A stretch of 64,000 nucleotides of DNA, taken from an uncultured Candidatus Saccharibacteria bacterium (lineage in GTDB: Bacteria > Patescibacteriota > Saccharimonadia > Saccharimonadales > AWTP1-31). The notes under the pieces are model-generated. The model saw nothing but the letters and a program-made list of their open reading frames with translations. It ran no database searches and was not told the origin of the DNA. This document shows, one piece after another, positions 1 to 7,930 of the stretch (position 1 is its first letter; every line of letters starts with the position of its first letter). A program made the position numbers and the translations under genes. The stretch is taken from positions 82,404 through 146,403 of the forward strand of contig CALCZR010000060.1 of NCBI GenBank assembly GCA_937903325.1. The letters are read 5' to 3'.

Positions 1-1549
1 CACTCGTAAAATTGCAAGGCTTGGTAGTAAGTGCCTTATCTTCACCGTAAACCGTGTTGTCTAGAGTTTCTACATACGCGCGGTAATGGTACGTTGTGTT
101 ACACGTCAAGCCAGAGATATCCGCTCGATATTCTTCATCTTGGTACAACGGTGCGTATCTGTAGATCCCGCTGGGCGACGAGTCTTTGATAGCCAGTAGC
201 GATCCATCTGGCAGTGCCACCGTATCCTCAACATCTACCCCGATGTCCGATACCCATATACCTTGGGACAGCACCGTCCTGGCAGTTCCTAGCCACAAAT
301 TATCGTTGCTGTCGATCACAAACGAACCCCTCGCTGTGACATAGCCGGTGTCTAGGAAAGTCTCAGCTCCATCAGGCGCAATTTTTTTTACTTTTGCTTG
401 GAGGAAATACTTCACATAAATTGACTGATCGGCACCGATAGCAACACTTGTAGCATCGTCATACACATCACCAAAATGCAGAGGGAGCTCATCAATAACG
501 GCTCCTACCGGGCTATATCGTACGAGCTTGTCATGGAATACCACTAGCACATTGCCGTCAGCCTCTACCGCTATATCTTGGGCGGCCGACTCAACCGATA
601 CGCCACTAACTGACCAGTCGAGTGGCGACGAGCCATCTGTGTTAGAACGCGTAATCTTACCGGAGCTTAGACTATAGAGATGCCCAGAACCATCAGTAGC
701 CAGCTGAGTATATACTTCAGTGCAGTCAATCGGACTATCCTCGGGAGGGCCGCAGCCCCAGTGACTGTTATAGGTATAGTCTGGATTGAGCTTGACCACC
801 CTTGAGTAGCCAGCTGCCACGTAGATGTATCCGCTATTGTCTCGAGCGAGTGCAACAGGATCGAGGGCGCCATATCCATCTAACATTGTGCCAATCTTTT
901 GACCAAATACATACTTCGGTATAATGCCGGCTTGCTTTGTACTGCCATAGCCAGTAGTAGTGCCGTACTCAAAGCCTCGCTCAGTAATGTAGTCGATATT
1001 AGGTGTCCAACCACTCGTAATTTCACCACGTAGTTCAGATGTTTGCTGTGATGTGGCAACATTTGTTCGTGTCTCAACAGAGACCGGGGTAAAAGCATAG
1101 GTCTGCCGTAATTGCAGTACAACTGCCGTCACGAGTAACGTGAGTAGTATCGTTGTATAACCCGACCACAGCAGTACTCTCTTCTTGTAATAAAGTGCCT
1201 TGGGGACAAAAACGGCTTTGGCATGGTGAAGTAACCCATAACGAACATTGGGATCTTCCAACGCAAGCGGTTTTCTGTGTCTTTTGTAGTCAAGCTGATA
1301 ATAGATAGTCAGCACAACTAACAGTACTAGACCCGCGCAACCTATTACAGAAAATATGACAGGATAATCTGGCCTATTACCTGTAAAGAGGACTCTCCAG
1401 GCGTTTCGACTAAGTGAGCTAGTGGGCTTTAGCAACAATGTCACCAAGATCATTAATAGCAAAGACCCAGCTATGATCATAAAATTTTTGCTATGACCGG
1501 TTTTACGGCTGTAAAATCTCGTCCTACTGTTTTTCTTTATCCTACGCAT
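1..1549 (-). CDS. Giant membrane-anchored surface protein, N-terminal ~516 aa only (gene continues past the left window edge); paralog of the 1700-aa protein at 10652..15754
   Basis: Hand translation of the minus strand from ATG 1549..1547 gives MRRIKKNSRTRFYSRKTGHSKNFMIIAGSLLLMILV...TIYYQLDYKRHRKPLA. At the window edge it gives DISGLTCNTTYHYRAYVETLDNTVYGEDKALTTKPCNFTS. Both stretches are colinear with the N-terminal third of 10652..15754. The intervening part of the frame (about 121..1260) was not translated codon by codon. It is absent from the ORF track because no stop codon lies inside the window. Confidence 0.8.
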   Translation of the reverse strand, partial: MRRIKKNSRTRFYSRKTGHSKNFMIIAGSLLLMILVTLLLKPTSSLSRNAWRVLFTGNRPDYPVIFSVIGCAGLVLLVVLTIYYQLDYKRHRKPLALEDPNVRYGLLHHAKAVFVPKALYYKKRVLLWSGYTTILLTLLVTAVVLQLRQTYAFTPVSVETRTNVATSQQTSELRGEITSGWTPNIDYITERGFEYGTTTGYGSTKQAGIIPKYVFGQKIGTMLDGYGALDPVALARDNSGYIYVAAGYSRVVKLNPDYTYNSHWGCGPPEDSPIDCTEVYTQLATDGSGHLYSLSSGKITRSNTDGSSPLDWSVSGVSVESAAQDIAVEADGNVLVVFHDKLVRYSPVGAVIDELPLHFGDVYDDATSVAIGADQSIYVKYFLQAKVKKIAPDGAETFLDTGYVTARGSFVIDSNDNLWLGTARTVLSQGIWVSDIGVDVEDTVALPDGSLLAIKDSSPSGIYRYAPLYQDEEYRADISGLTCNTTYHYRAYVETLDNTVYGEDKALTTKPCNFTS

Positions 1550-1646
1550 AATTAATTAAACTTGGGAAGGTATCTACATACAATCCAATGTTCCAGTACC
1601 CGAGCCGTGTTGGACGGCGTTTCCTCTTGAGCTTTTTCACTGCTTT

Positions 1647-1666
1647 AAGTATAACCGTCTTGACCC
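1647..1666 (-). promoter_or_regulatory. Conserved upstream block of the giant-protein genes (copy 1)
   Basis: AAGTATAACCGTCTTGACCC is identical at 1647..1666 and 15777..15796. Both copies lie upstream (minus strand) of the paralogous giant genes. Read on the minus strand the block contains a -10-like TATACT. Confidence 0.35.
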
Positions 1667-1773
1667 CTATGAACCAGTAGCAATCCACGTTTCGAACTTA
1701 AGCAGCGATACTGCATCACATAACGTTAGCATCGTACCACTATTGCTGTCTTTACAACAATTGCTAATGAAGC

Positions 1774-3267
1774 CTACGCCCTGTAAGATGGCTTGTGCTT
1801 CAGCACGAGCAATAGTGTGACCGTGGCCAGTAAGATTACGCTGAGAATATATACTGACGGAGAGTTTGCACCCGTACCGCCAAGTGGAGATCCGCCATTA
1901 CTAGTGCCTGGTGAAGAGCTGCCTGCTAAGACGTATTCCACAGTGTTGTCACCCAACACGGTTTCGCCGTTGGTTTGCGCATTAGTATCCGTAACCGAGC
2001 CTTCTAGTAGGTTTAGACTGGTGATGCCTGGGTTCATGTTTTGCACACGAGCTTCCCAGGTACCATCGCCCATATCGGTTAAGGCATATACTTCTCCACT
2101 ACTAGCAACGAGGTCGTCAATAGTAAAGCTAGCACCGATAATAGCTTTATTAAAAGATATGGTAAAGCAGGCGTCGTTAGTAGTAGTTGGACTGGCTTGA
2201 CCCAAGCAGCGAGTAACGCTAGCCACTAGTTCCTCGTCGTTGTATAGAACATGCGCCACATTGTTGACGTCGAGCTCAACAACTGCAGCAACTCCGTCGC
2301 CACTACCGAAAACAGTAAAGATTGCCGGATAATCAGGATCGTTGGCGTTGCTGTTAACAAAATCTACGATAACGCCATGTAAAATAGTGTCACCACTCAC
2401 AAAGTCGGCCGTAGCGTTCACATTGAGTTGTACTTCGAAGCTATCACCACTATTAATACGGTTATTGGTTGCCTGGACACCACACCCGATAATTTGTGCT
2501 GAGTAGCCAAAGCCTTCATTTATGGCATCGCCCACCACAGAGCAACCGATCAGGTTGTAGCCATCGCCACCATTTAGGTCAGTGATACTATCGAATGTTG
2601 CCTGTTCTGGCAAGACAAGTAGTACCATCAAGCTCGAGGTATCTGCCCCGCCAGCCCCAACATCTGAGACAGTTATCTTGTAGGCAACCGGGTCTCCCGT
2701 AACAAATGGGCCGGGAGCGGTCTGCTGTAGATCAAGGGTTAGATCTTGAACATCCTGAATCAGCGCACTATCAATAGCCTGGTTATCAGATGTGTCGGGG
2801 TCTTGGTTTGGGAATCCTGGAGCGATATCCCCATCATCGGTTGTGGCAGTGATATCAATATCATCACCATCCTGACCGCTAATCGTACAGACGACATGCA
2901 GGGTTAGGTACTGCCCGGAACCTAGAACCCCGACCCATTCCCCTGTCTGGTCGTCGTAAGTACCAACATTGGTAGCAGTACTAGAACCATTAACAATCAC
3001 GATAGAATCTACATCGCAATTCTGCACCAATACATCGATAATAGTTGCCGTAATAGCCGACGGACCATCGTTATTCACCCGCACATCAAAGCCAATGGTT
3101 CCGCTTGAGGAAGTAGAGTTTGGTACGTTTAGAAGGGATGTCCGCAGGTCGGCTTCGGCAGCAAGGTAGTTACCAAGCTCACTGGTGCTGCCATACCCAT
3201 CGGCTGAGTTATATCCGCGACAGAGACGATTTAAGTCGCGTATTGTCCAAGAAGGGCGGTAAGCCAT
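1774..3267 (-). pseudogene. C-terminal fragment of a beta-helix/DUF11-type wall-anchored surface protein (signal peptide and beta-helix part missing)
   Basis: There is no N-terminal signal peptide. Near the N-terminus, ..GYGSTSELG.. matches the mid-protein GFGATSEFG / GFGSTSEF of the 1162-aa and 665-aa paralogs. DUF11-like repeats follow. The C-terminus is LGGTG plus a hydrophobic stretch plus a basic tail, i.e. an LPXTG-like sorting signal. The 5' end abuts a truncated recombinase. Confidence 0.65.
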
Positions 3268-4265
3268 TGACCGTCAAACGAATGCAATGCATCCTGACAA
3301 ACACTATTTATGCTGGCATTAATGTAGAGAAGTGGACGGGATACAAAGCCGTTAAATGTAAGTTCGATGGATTAATTAGTATCGACTTATTTAACAGAGC
3401 AAATCAGGGCAAGAAGTATATCGCCTTCAATGCAGAGGATGGTGAGTACGAGATTCAGCGGCAAGCACCAAAGAAACATCTAGTCGATAAAGTGATAAAG
3501 AATGCAGATTTTCCTTACAAGAAGCTTGTCTTATGCCCCGAATGCAGCAGTTCGCTGCTTGGTAGCGCAAGTAGGGGCAAGAACGGCAAGTACTACCCCG
3601 CTTATCACTGTAGCAATCGTGGACACTACTTTAGAGTTAGAAAGGATGACATGGATAAAAAGATTACAGAGTTTATCGGCCGCATTAAGGTAAATGATAA
3701 GCAGATCGAAACGCTTATCAGCACTATACGACAAGAGTTCGAACGACGTCAGAGCTTGTCTGGCCAAGACAGTGTGACACTTGATAAACATATTAAATCG
3801 CTCCAAATGGAGGCAGAGGCTACCATAGGTAAGATAATGCTCCTCACTAACCCAACGGCTATCACCTACCTAGAAGCCGAGATAGAAAAGATCCACCAGC
3901 AGATAACTAAACTAGAGAAGGAGAAGAAACAAATGAAGCAGCAAAAACCTATTAATATAGAGCGTATACTAGCGCGTGTACGCTTCTTTATGGAAAATTT
4001 TGATGCACTACTGATAAGGCAGCAAGATCCGCACAAAAAAGCCCAGTTATTCGGTGTATTGTTCAACCAGCTGCCGACCTATGAAGATTTAAATTATGGA
4101 ACACAAAAAACACCCCTTTTTACTGGGGTGAATCCTGTTTTTGCTCTCGCTGGAGCCGGAAAATCCGATATGGTGAACCTCAAGGGGGCTAATTCCGAAA
4201 CCTTGTTAAGTAGCCTCTTTGATCTGGCAACCAAGCTTGCAGCACAGGAGGAGAAAAATGTTTAA
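3256..4265 (+). pseudogene. Large serine recombinase, 5'-truncated (catalytic resolvase domain missing)
   Basis: Homology to the full-length copies (23611..25416, 39234..40946) starts only at ..GKPLTVKRMQCILTNTIYAGINVEKW.. The recombinase domain and zinc ribbon (CPECSSSLLGSASRGKNGKYYPAYHCSNRGH) are retained. The N-terminal ..IRVSTTKQ.. catalytic region is absent. The first ~45 codons of track ORF 3120..4265 are antisense to the neighbouring adhesin fragment. Confidence 0.8.
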
Positions 4266-4737
4266 GCTCTTCCACTGCACCCCTAAAGGCAATCTCACAA
4301 ATACTTCGTTATACAATGAGCAGTCATTCTACGATGCCTTTGTAAAAGACATTAAACGAGCAAAGACAAGCGTGGTTATCGAAAGCCCGTACTTAACCGA
4401 ACGGCGTACTATGCAATTCCTTAGAACATTCTGGAAACTACGAAGGAAAGGGGTTGCGGTTCGTATCAATACACGCAATCCACGACACCACGACAAGCTG
4501 TTAGAGATTCAGGCCTGGAAGTCCATCCGACTTCTTAGAGATAATGGCATCAAGATCTACTTTTACAGTGATATGCGCCACCGCAAGCTGGCGATCATTG
4601 ACAATACAATTCTCTGGGAAGGGTCACTCAACATATTGTCACAGGTGTTCAGCAAAGAAATCATGCGCCGGACAGTATCGGAGCAATTAGCCCGCCAAAT
4701 GGCTAGCTTCACTAAGATCAATAGCCGCTTCTGGTGA
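4258..4737 (+). CDS. PLD/HKD-family (Nuc-like) nuclease/phosphodiesterase
   Basis: It carries a canonical HxK(x)4D(x)6GSxN motif (HRKLAIIDNTILWEGSLN). It is a paralog of 25409..25894. The likely start is ATG 4258, preceded by AGGAGGAG. That start overlaps the recombinase stop in the string AATGTTTAA. Confidence 0.75.
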   Translation: MFKLFHCTPKGNLTNTSLYNEQSFYDAFVKDIKRAKTSVVIESPYLTERRTMQFLRTFWKLRRKGVAVRINTRNPRHHDKLLEIQAWKSIRLLRDNGIKIYFYSDMRHRKLAIIDNTILWEGSLNILSQVFSKEIMRRTVSEQLARQMASFTKINSRFW

Positions 4738-4752
4738 TATACTAAACCCACT

Positions 4753-4962
4753 ATGGCAGATCAAGAACCATACCAGATCACCGAAGAGGATGTTCAAAAG
4801 GTTATTACTTACCTTAAGTTTCACGAGCCTCAAAACGCTAATCGTGAATATGCTATTGAGTTTATAGAGAGTATGCAGGTCAAAGGCAACGAAATTGCCC
4901 GCTCAGATGAAGCCCTCGCTCAAGCCATCGAAGAGTTCACCAAAAAGAAGCATCAAGACTAG
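4753..4962 (+). CDS. Small conserved protein of the recombinase module (69 aa), function unknown
   Basis: It is a paralog of 25910..26110 (YLKFHEPQNANREYAIEFIESMQ versus YLELHDPKNADRDYAIQLLEMMQ). It holds the same position and has the same 4-nt convergent overlap with the XRE gene. Confidence 0.55.
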   Translation: MADQEPYQITEEDVQKVITYLKFHEPQNANREYAIEFIESMQVKGNEIARSDEALAQAIEEFTKKKHQD

Positions 4963-5180
4963 TAGCTATCAGGGAAAACGTCTGAGGCTTTCACGCCCAG
5001 AGCAGCAATAATCTCATACAGCGTTTCAACAGATGCGATAGCAGCACCTTGCTCAAGTGTGGCGTAATAGTTTGCGGTCACTCCTACAACTTCAGCGACC
5101 TCACGCTGCGTGAGCCGCTTGGCTTTACGAGCTTTACGCAGGTTTGATCCGATAGTTTTCTTGAGTTTACGTTCGTTCAT
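4959..5180 (-). CDS. XRE-family helix-turn-helix transcriptional regulator
   Basis: The HTH signature is ..LTQREVAEVVGVTANYYATLEQG.. It is a paralog of 26107..26328. Confidence 0.8.
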   Translation of the reverse strand: MNERKLKKTIGSNLRKARKAKRLTQREVAEVVGVTANYYATLEQGAAIASVETLYEIIAALGVKASDVFPDSY

Positions 5181-5191
5181 GGGTCTTTATG

Positions 5192-5485
5192 CTAGCGCAG
5201 AACCTTGAGTTCGCTACGCTTGGAATATCGCTTCAAATCTTTGAGGAGCATAGAAAACAGGTTGGTATTTTCGTATTCTTCTTTTTCTTGTTGACTGGCA
5301 AACTGAAGGTTCAGGACAAAACGAGTTTGTACTCCAACATTCGGGTGCACACCTCCAAGGGCATAGCCTTTGTGTTCGAATTCGCTTAGGCGGTTCATAG
5401 CCATAAGTGTTCTGTAAGTTTTGCGCACTCGCCAGCGTTTTGGCGTGGCAGCAATGTATATGTACGTTTTCCCAGTACTCTCCAT
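5192..5485 (-). CDS. Hypothetical 97-aa protein (possibly a remnant; starts ..TGKTY.. like the tail of a P-loop)
   Basis: This is an ORF only. It sits between TyrRS and the XRE gene on the same strand, and no recognisable family motif was seen. Confidence 0.35.
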   Translation of the reverse strand: MESTGKTYIYIAATPKRWRVRKTYRTLMAMNRLSEFEHKGYALGGVHPNVGVQTRFVLNLQFASQQEKEEYENTNLFSMLLKDLKRYSKRSELKVLR

Positions 5486-5527
5486 ACCAATAGTATGGTG
5501 TGGTATGGAAAAGTTTGCAACTGCTAA

Positions 5528-6664
5528 CTAGTTCGAACCACCCATCACTCTATCAAGTTCAGCAAGCATGTTCTTAGGCTCGCCCGAAGCAAATACGGTT
5601 CTGGCTGGTTTAAGCTTTCTAACAATACCCTCGGCGACAAAATTCTTTAGATCCTGGGGATGAAGATCACCATTAGCAAATGTGGTTTTCAACTCTGTTA
5701 TATTTTTGCAGTGTAGGTCACCGCCGTGATTTTCCGCACGTCGGACAGTAAAACCATCAGGACTATTTAGTAGATGTTCTACCCAGTCGATGATCGGGTT
5801 AAACTCGACTTCTCGTTCAGGACAAAATGCTTTAGCGATCTTGCGGCGAATGTCATCTTCTGAGTCATGAATGAAGATAGCGCTATCGGGCTTGGACTTA
5901 CTCATCTTCATACTTGTCCAAATATCTTGTTTTGACTCTTGGTCAACAATTGGCCAAACGGACGGCTTTTGAAGACCAAGAATAAGGTGATGGTGGATGG
6001 CTACTGGCTTAACTTTCTTACCATCAATAACGAGTGGTGAAATATTGAGCTTCAAAGCCACATCACGAGCAATAACTTGTGCCTTTCTCTGATCAAGCCC
6101 TGCATGCGGAAAATGTACTTGTTGCGTAAATATATCGGCAACTTGCATCATTGGGTATAGCAGCTTAGAAAAGTCTACACTGTCACCCTCCTGCCGCCCC
6201 ATAATAGTGATGCTACGCTTGGCTCGGCTTAATGAGGTGTGCTTGCTAACCTCTACGACTGTATCCCAAAAGTGGGGGTGCGTACTGTAGAGCTCGCTGC
6301 CCAGAGTAAACTTCAGGTCGTCTGGGTTTCCGCCGACACATGCAAACGCTGCACGCAGGCCTTCCTTAAAGTATCCAACGGCAACTCTCTTAATCGTATC
6401 GTGTGATCCGTCTAGCTTATCGTTAATCCATGTATGCCAGTCTGCCAGAAAGACATTGCACTCAATACCAGCATCATGCAGGTCTTTAACTTTTTGCATA
6501 CACATTAGTCCGGTGCCCAAGTGAATCTTGCCCGAAATTTCAAAACCAATGTAATGACGTAACTTTTGACCACTAGCAAGAAGAGCGTTTAGGTCGTCGC
6601 TGGTCATTACTTCTTCGGTTTGTCTGGATATGAGCTGTGCTCGTTCTTCAAGTGTCATGGTCAA
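5528..6664 (-). CDS. tyrS: Tyrosyl-tRNA synthetase, archaeal/eukaryotic type
   Basis: It is a class I aaRS with a HIGH-like motif (GKIHLGT) and KMSKS. Recalled from memory, it aligns along its length with the M. jannaschii-type TyrRS: YIGFEISGKIHLG, YPMMQVADI, DQRKAQVIARD, KMSKSKP..IRRKIAKAFCP, NPIIDW, HGGDL, LHPQDLKN. Confidence 0.85.
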   Translation of the reverse strand: MTMTLEERAQLISRQTEEVMTSDDLNALLASGQKLRHYIGFEISGKIHLGTGLMCMQKVKDLHDAGIECNVFLADWHTWINDKLDGSHDTIKRVAVGYFKEGLRAAFACVGGNPDDLKFTLGSELYSTHPHFWDTVVEVSKHTSLSRAKRSITIMGRQEGDSVDFSKLLYPMMQVADIFTQQVHFPHAGLDQRKAQVIARDVALKLNISPLVIDGKKVKPVAIHHHLILGLQKPSVWPIVDQESKQDIWTSMKMSKSKPDSAIFIHDSEDDIRRKIAKAFCPEREVEFNPIIDWVEHLLNSPDGFTVRRAENHGGDLHCKNITELKTTFANGDLHPQDLKNFVAEGIVRKLKPARTVFASGEPKNMLAELDRVMGGSN

Positions 6665-6679
6665 TACCTCGTATTATAT

Positions 6680-6755
6680 TGGTCCGGAGGGTAGGAGTCG
6701 AACCTACCTAAACTGGTTTTACAGACCAGCGCATCTGCCGCTTTGCTACCTCCGG
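6680..6755 (-). tRNA. tRNA-Tyr(GTA): tRNA-Tyr (anticodon GTA), archaeal-like: C1:G72, A73, 5-nt variable loop, encoded CCA
   Basis: Minus-strand sequence: CCGGAGG TA GCA AAGCGGCAGA TGC G CTGGT CTGTAAA ACCAG TTTAG GTAGG TTCGACT CCTAC CCTCCGG A CCA. This folds into a 76-nt cloverleaf by hand. It lies 15 nt upstream of the TyrRS start. Confidence 0.9.
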
Positions 6756-6768
6756 ATATTTGCCAAAC

Positions 6769-6804
6769 AAAAAAGCCGTTCCGTGCATATTGCACAAGAA
6801 CGAC
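6769..6804 (-). terminator. Intrinsic terminator of the T-box leader
   Basis: GUCGUUCUUGUGCA-AUA-UGCACGGAACGGC forms about 13 bp with one bulge and is followed by UUUUUU (6774..6769). The 5' arm is shared with the antiterminator 3' strand. Confidence 0.8.
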
Positions 6805-7040
6805 TTAGAAATCGTGGTACCATCTTGCTTCGCTTCATCCTCACGGAAGAAGCCTTACTAACTGAACCGAATCAGTTGTAGCTATAACGGGCTTACCCGT
6901 CGAGTCTTACTGGCATTACTGCTTTCTGGCTCGCTGCTCCGAGGGAGTAATTCAGTTACTGTAATCTACGACAGGCTCGCAACACCGCCTGCTTCAATTG
7001 TCACGATTACGAACCTACTTGGTCCTCTTCAACGCGTTTG
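6769..7040 (-). promoter_or_regulatory. T-box riboswitch leader (tyrosine-specific candidate)
   Basis: Elements seen on the minus strand:
- Stem I base GCGUUGAAGAGGACCAAGUAGG
- distal hairpin CAGGC-GGUGUUGCGA-GCCUG
- UAC triplets at 6963..6961 and 6949..6947
- F-box CCGUUA at 6890..6885
- Stem III GCUUCUUCC-GUGA-GGAUGAAGC at 6853..6832
- antiterminator CAAGA/UCUUG plus ACGA/UCGU around the 7-nt bulge UGGUACC (6822..6816)
- a competing terminator. Confidence 0.8.
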
Positions 7041-7061
7041 GCTAAATTGTTAAGCCTTCAT

Positions 7062-7090
7062 ACTCTAGCAGATTTATTTGAATATGTAAA
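7062..7090 (-). promoter_or_regulatory. Candidate sigma70-type promoter for the T-box/tRNA-Tyr/tyrS transcript
   Basis: On the minus strand, TTTACA (7090..7085), a 17-nt spacer and TAGAGT (7067..7062) lie just upstream of the leader. Confidence 0.45.
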
Positions 7091-7105
7091 GCTAAAGCTT
7101 CTGAT

Positions 7106-7795
7106 CTAGGCTAAAATCTCTCGAACCGTAGCCTCGGCTAAGAGCTTCATGGTGTCAAAAATAGGAACAGCTCCACCACTCGGCAATAAGAGCTGCAGGT
7201 CAGTACAAGCTAGTGCAACACACTCCACATTTTGACCGGAAAGCTCGTTAACAACTTCTAGTATCAGTTCTCTATCGGAGTTTAAATGTTGACCCTCGAT
7301 CAGGCGTTGAATAATTTTGTCCATCTTTGCTCGTTGCAAATCATTAGGTGTAACAAACTTGATATCATTTTCCTTGAACTTCGATTCGTAAACATTGTTT
7401 GCGACTGTTGCAGAAGTAGATATAAGCCCCACAATGCTAAATCCTTTTTGCTTAACATATATGGCCGTTTCTTCAACGATGCTAAGCACCGGAATAGATA
7501 CAGCCTTACGTATATCTTCAATGAATACATGAAGCGAGTTGCATGGCATAACAATGAAATCAACTCCAGATTTCTCTAGGCGCTTAGCTTCGTTGACTAG
7601 AAAAGGAATGTAGCGTTCTTTCCCAGTATTAGAAGCAATGAGATCTCTCTCTATCTCAAACAAGAGCGGTACACTGGCAATAACTATTGAGGGGCGCTCT
7701 ATATGATTAAGTTTTTGGCACTGGAATATAACCTCTAAGTAAAACTCAGCGGTTGTTTCTGGACCAAGTCCACCAATAACTCCAACAGATTTCAT
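7106..7795 (-). CDS. Aspartate/glutamate-type amino-acid racemase family protein
   Basis: GGLGPETT is present near the N-terminus. The two catalytic-Cys motifs MPCNSLH and LACTDL are present. The length is 229 aa. Confidence 0.8.
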   Translation of the reverse strand: MKSVGVIGGLGPETTAEFYLEVIFQCQKLNHIERPSIVIASVPLLFEIERDLIASNTGKERYIPFLVNEAKRLEKSGVDFIVMPCNSLHVFIEDIRKAVSIPVLSIVEETAIYVKQKGFSIVGLISTSATVANNVYESKFKENDIKFVTPNDLQRAKMDKIIQRLIEGQHLNSDRELILEVVNELSGQNVECVALACTDLQLLLPSGGAVPIFDTMKLLAEATVREILA

Positions 7796-7930
7796 AAGCT
7801 CATGATATCAGATAAAAAATTCGTTACTTAAAAGTAATGCATCGTCTGTAACATTTTTGCCATAATGGTGTTATCATGTTATCAGATACAAGAACAGAGG
7901 TAGGCGGGGTGAGGCTACCCGAGGACACCC

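Noticed and set aside
667-1122. Two minus-strand track ORFs (70 and 80 aa, TTG starts).
   Set aside because: They are out of frame inside the paralog of the giant protein. The real frame (ATG 1549) appears open to the window edge; it was hand-translated at both ends and no ORF is listed in that frame.
3120-3255. N-terminal extensions of track ORFs taken at face value (3120 for the recombinase fragment, 4219 for PLD, 43837 and 54492 for other genes).
   Set aside because: The extensions have no homology to the paralogs. They also overlap neighbouring genes or promoter hexamers. Internal ATGs with a plausible RBS (4258, 43888-43897, 54561) fit better.
4959-5485. The 97-aa ORF plus the XRE protein as a HigB/HigA-type toxin-antitoxin pair.
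   Set aside because: Gene order and sizes are compatible. However, the 97-aa protein shows no RelE/HigB motif I can recognise. The sister element has the XRE gene without such a partner. Support is too weak to call it.
6630-6881. An 83-aa plus-strand ORF in the track.
   Set aside because: It runs antisense across the tyrS start, the whole tRNA-Tyr gene and the T-box terminator, so it is a chance ORF.
6756-7100. A structured ~300-nt non-coding stretch upstream of tRNA-Tyr was first considered as RNase P RNA, SRP/4.5S RNA, 6S RNA or tmRNA.
   Set aside because: There is no GAGGAAAGUCC / ACAGAA..CGGCUUA RNase P core. There is no GGAA-tetraloop SRP domain IV with a matching stem. There is no tRNA-like 3' end or tag ORF. 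The F-box, the UGGUACC antiterminator bulge and the overlapping terminator fit a T-box leader instead.
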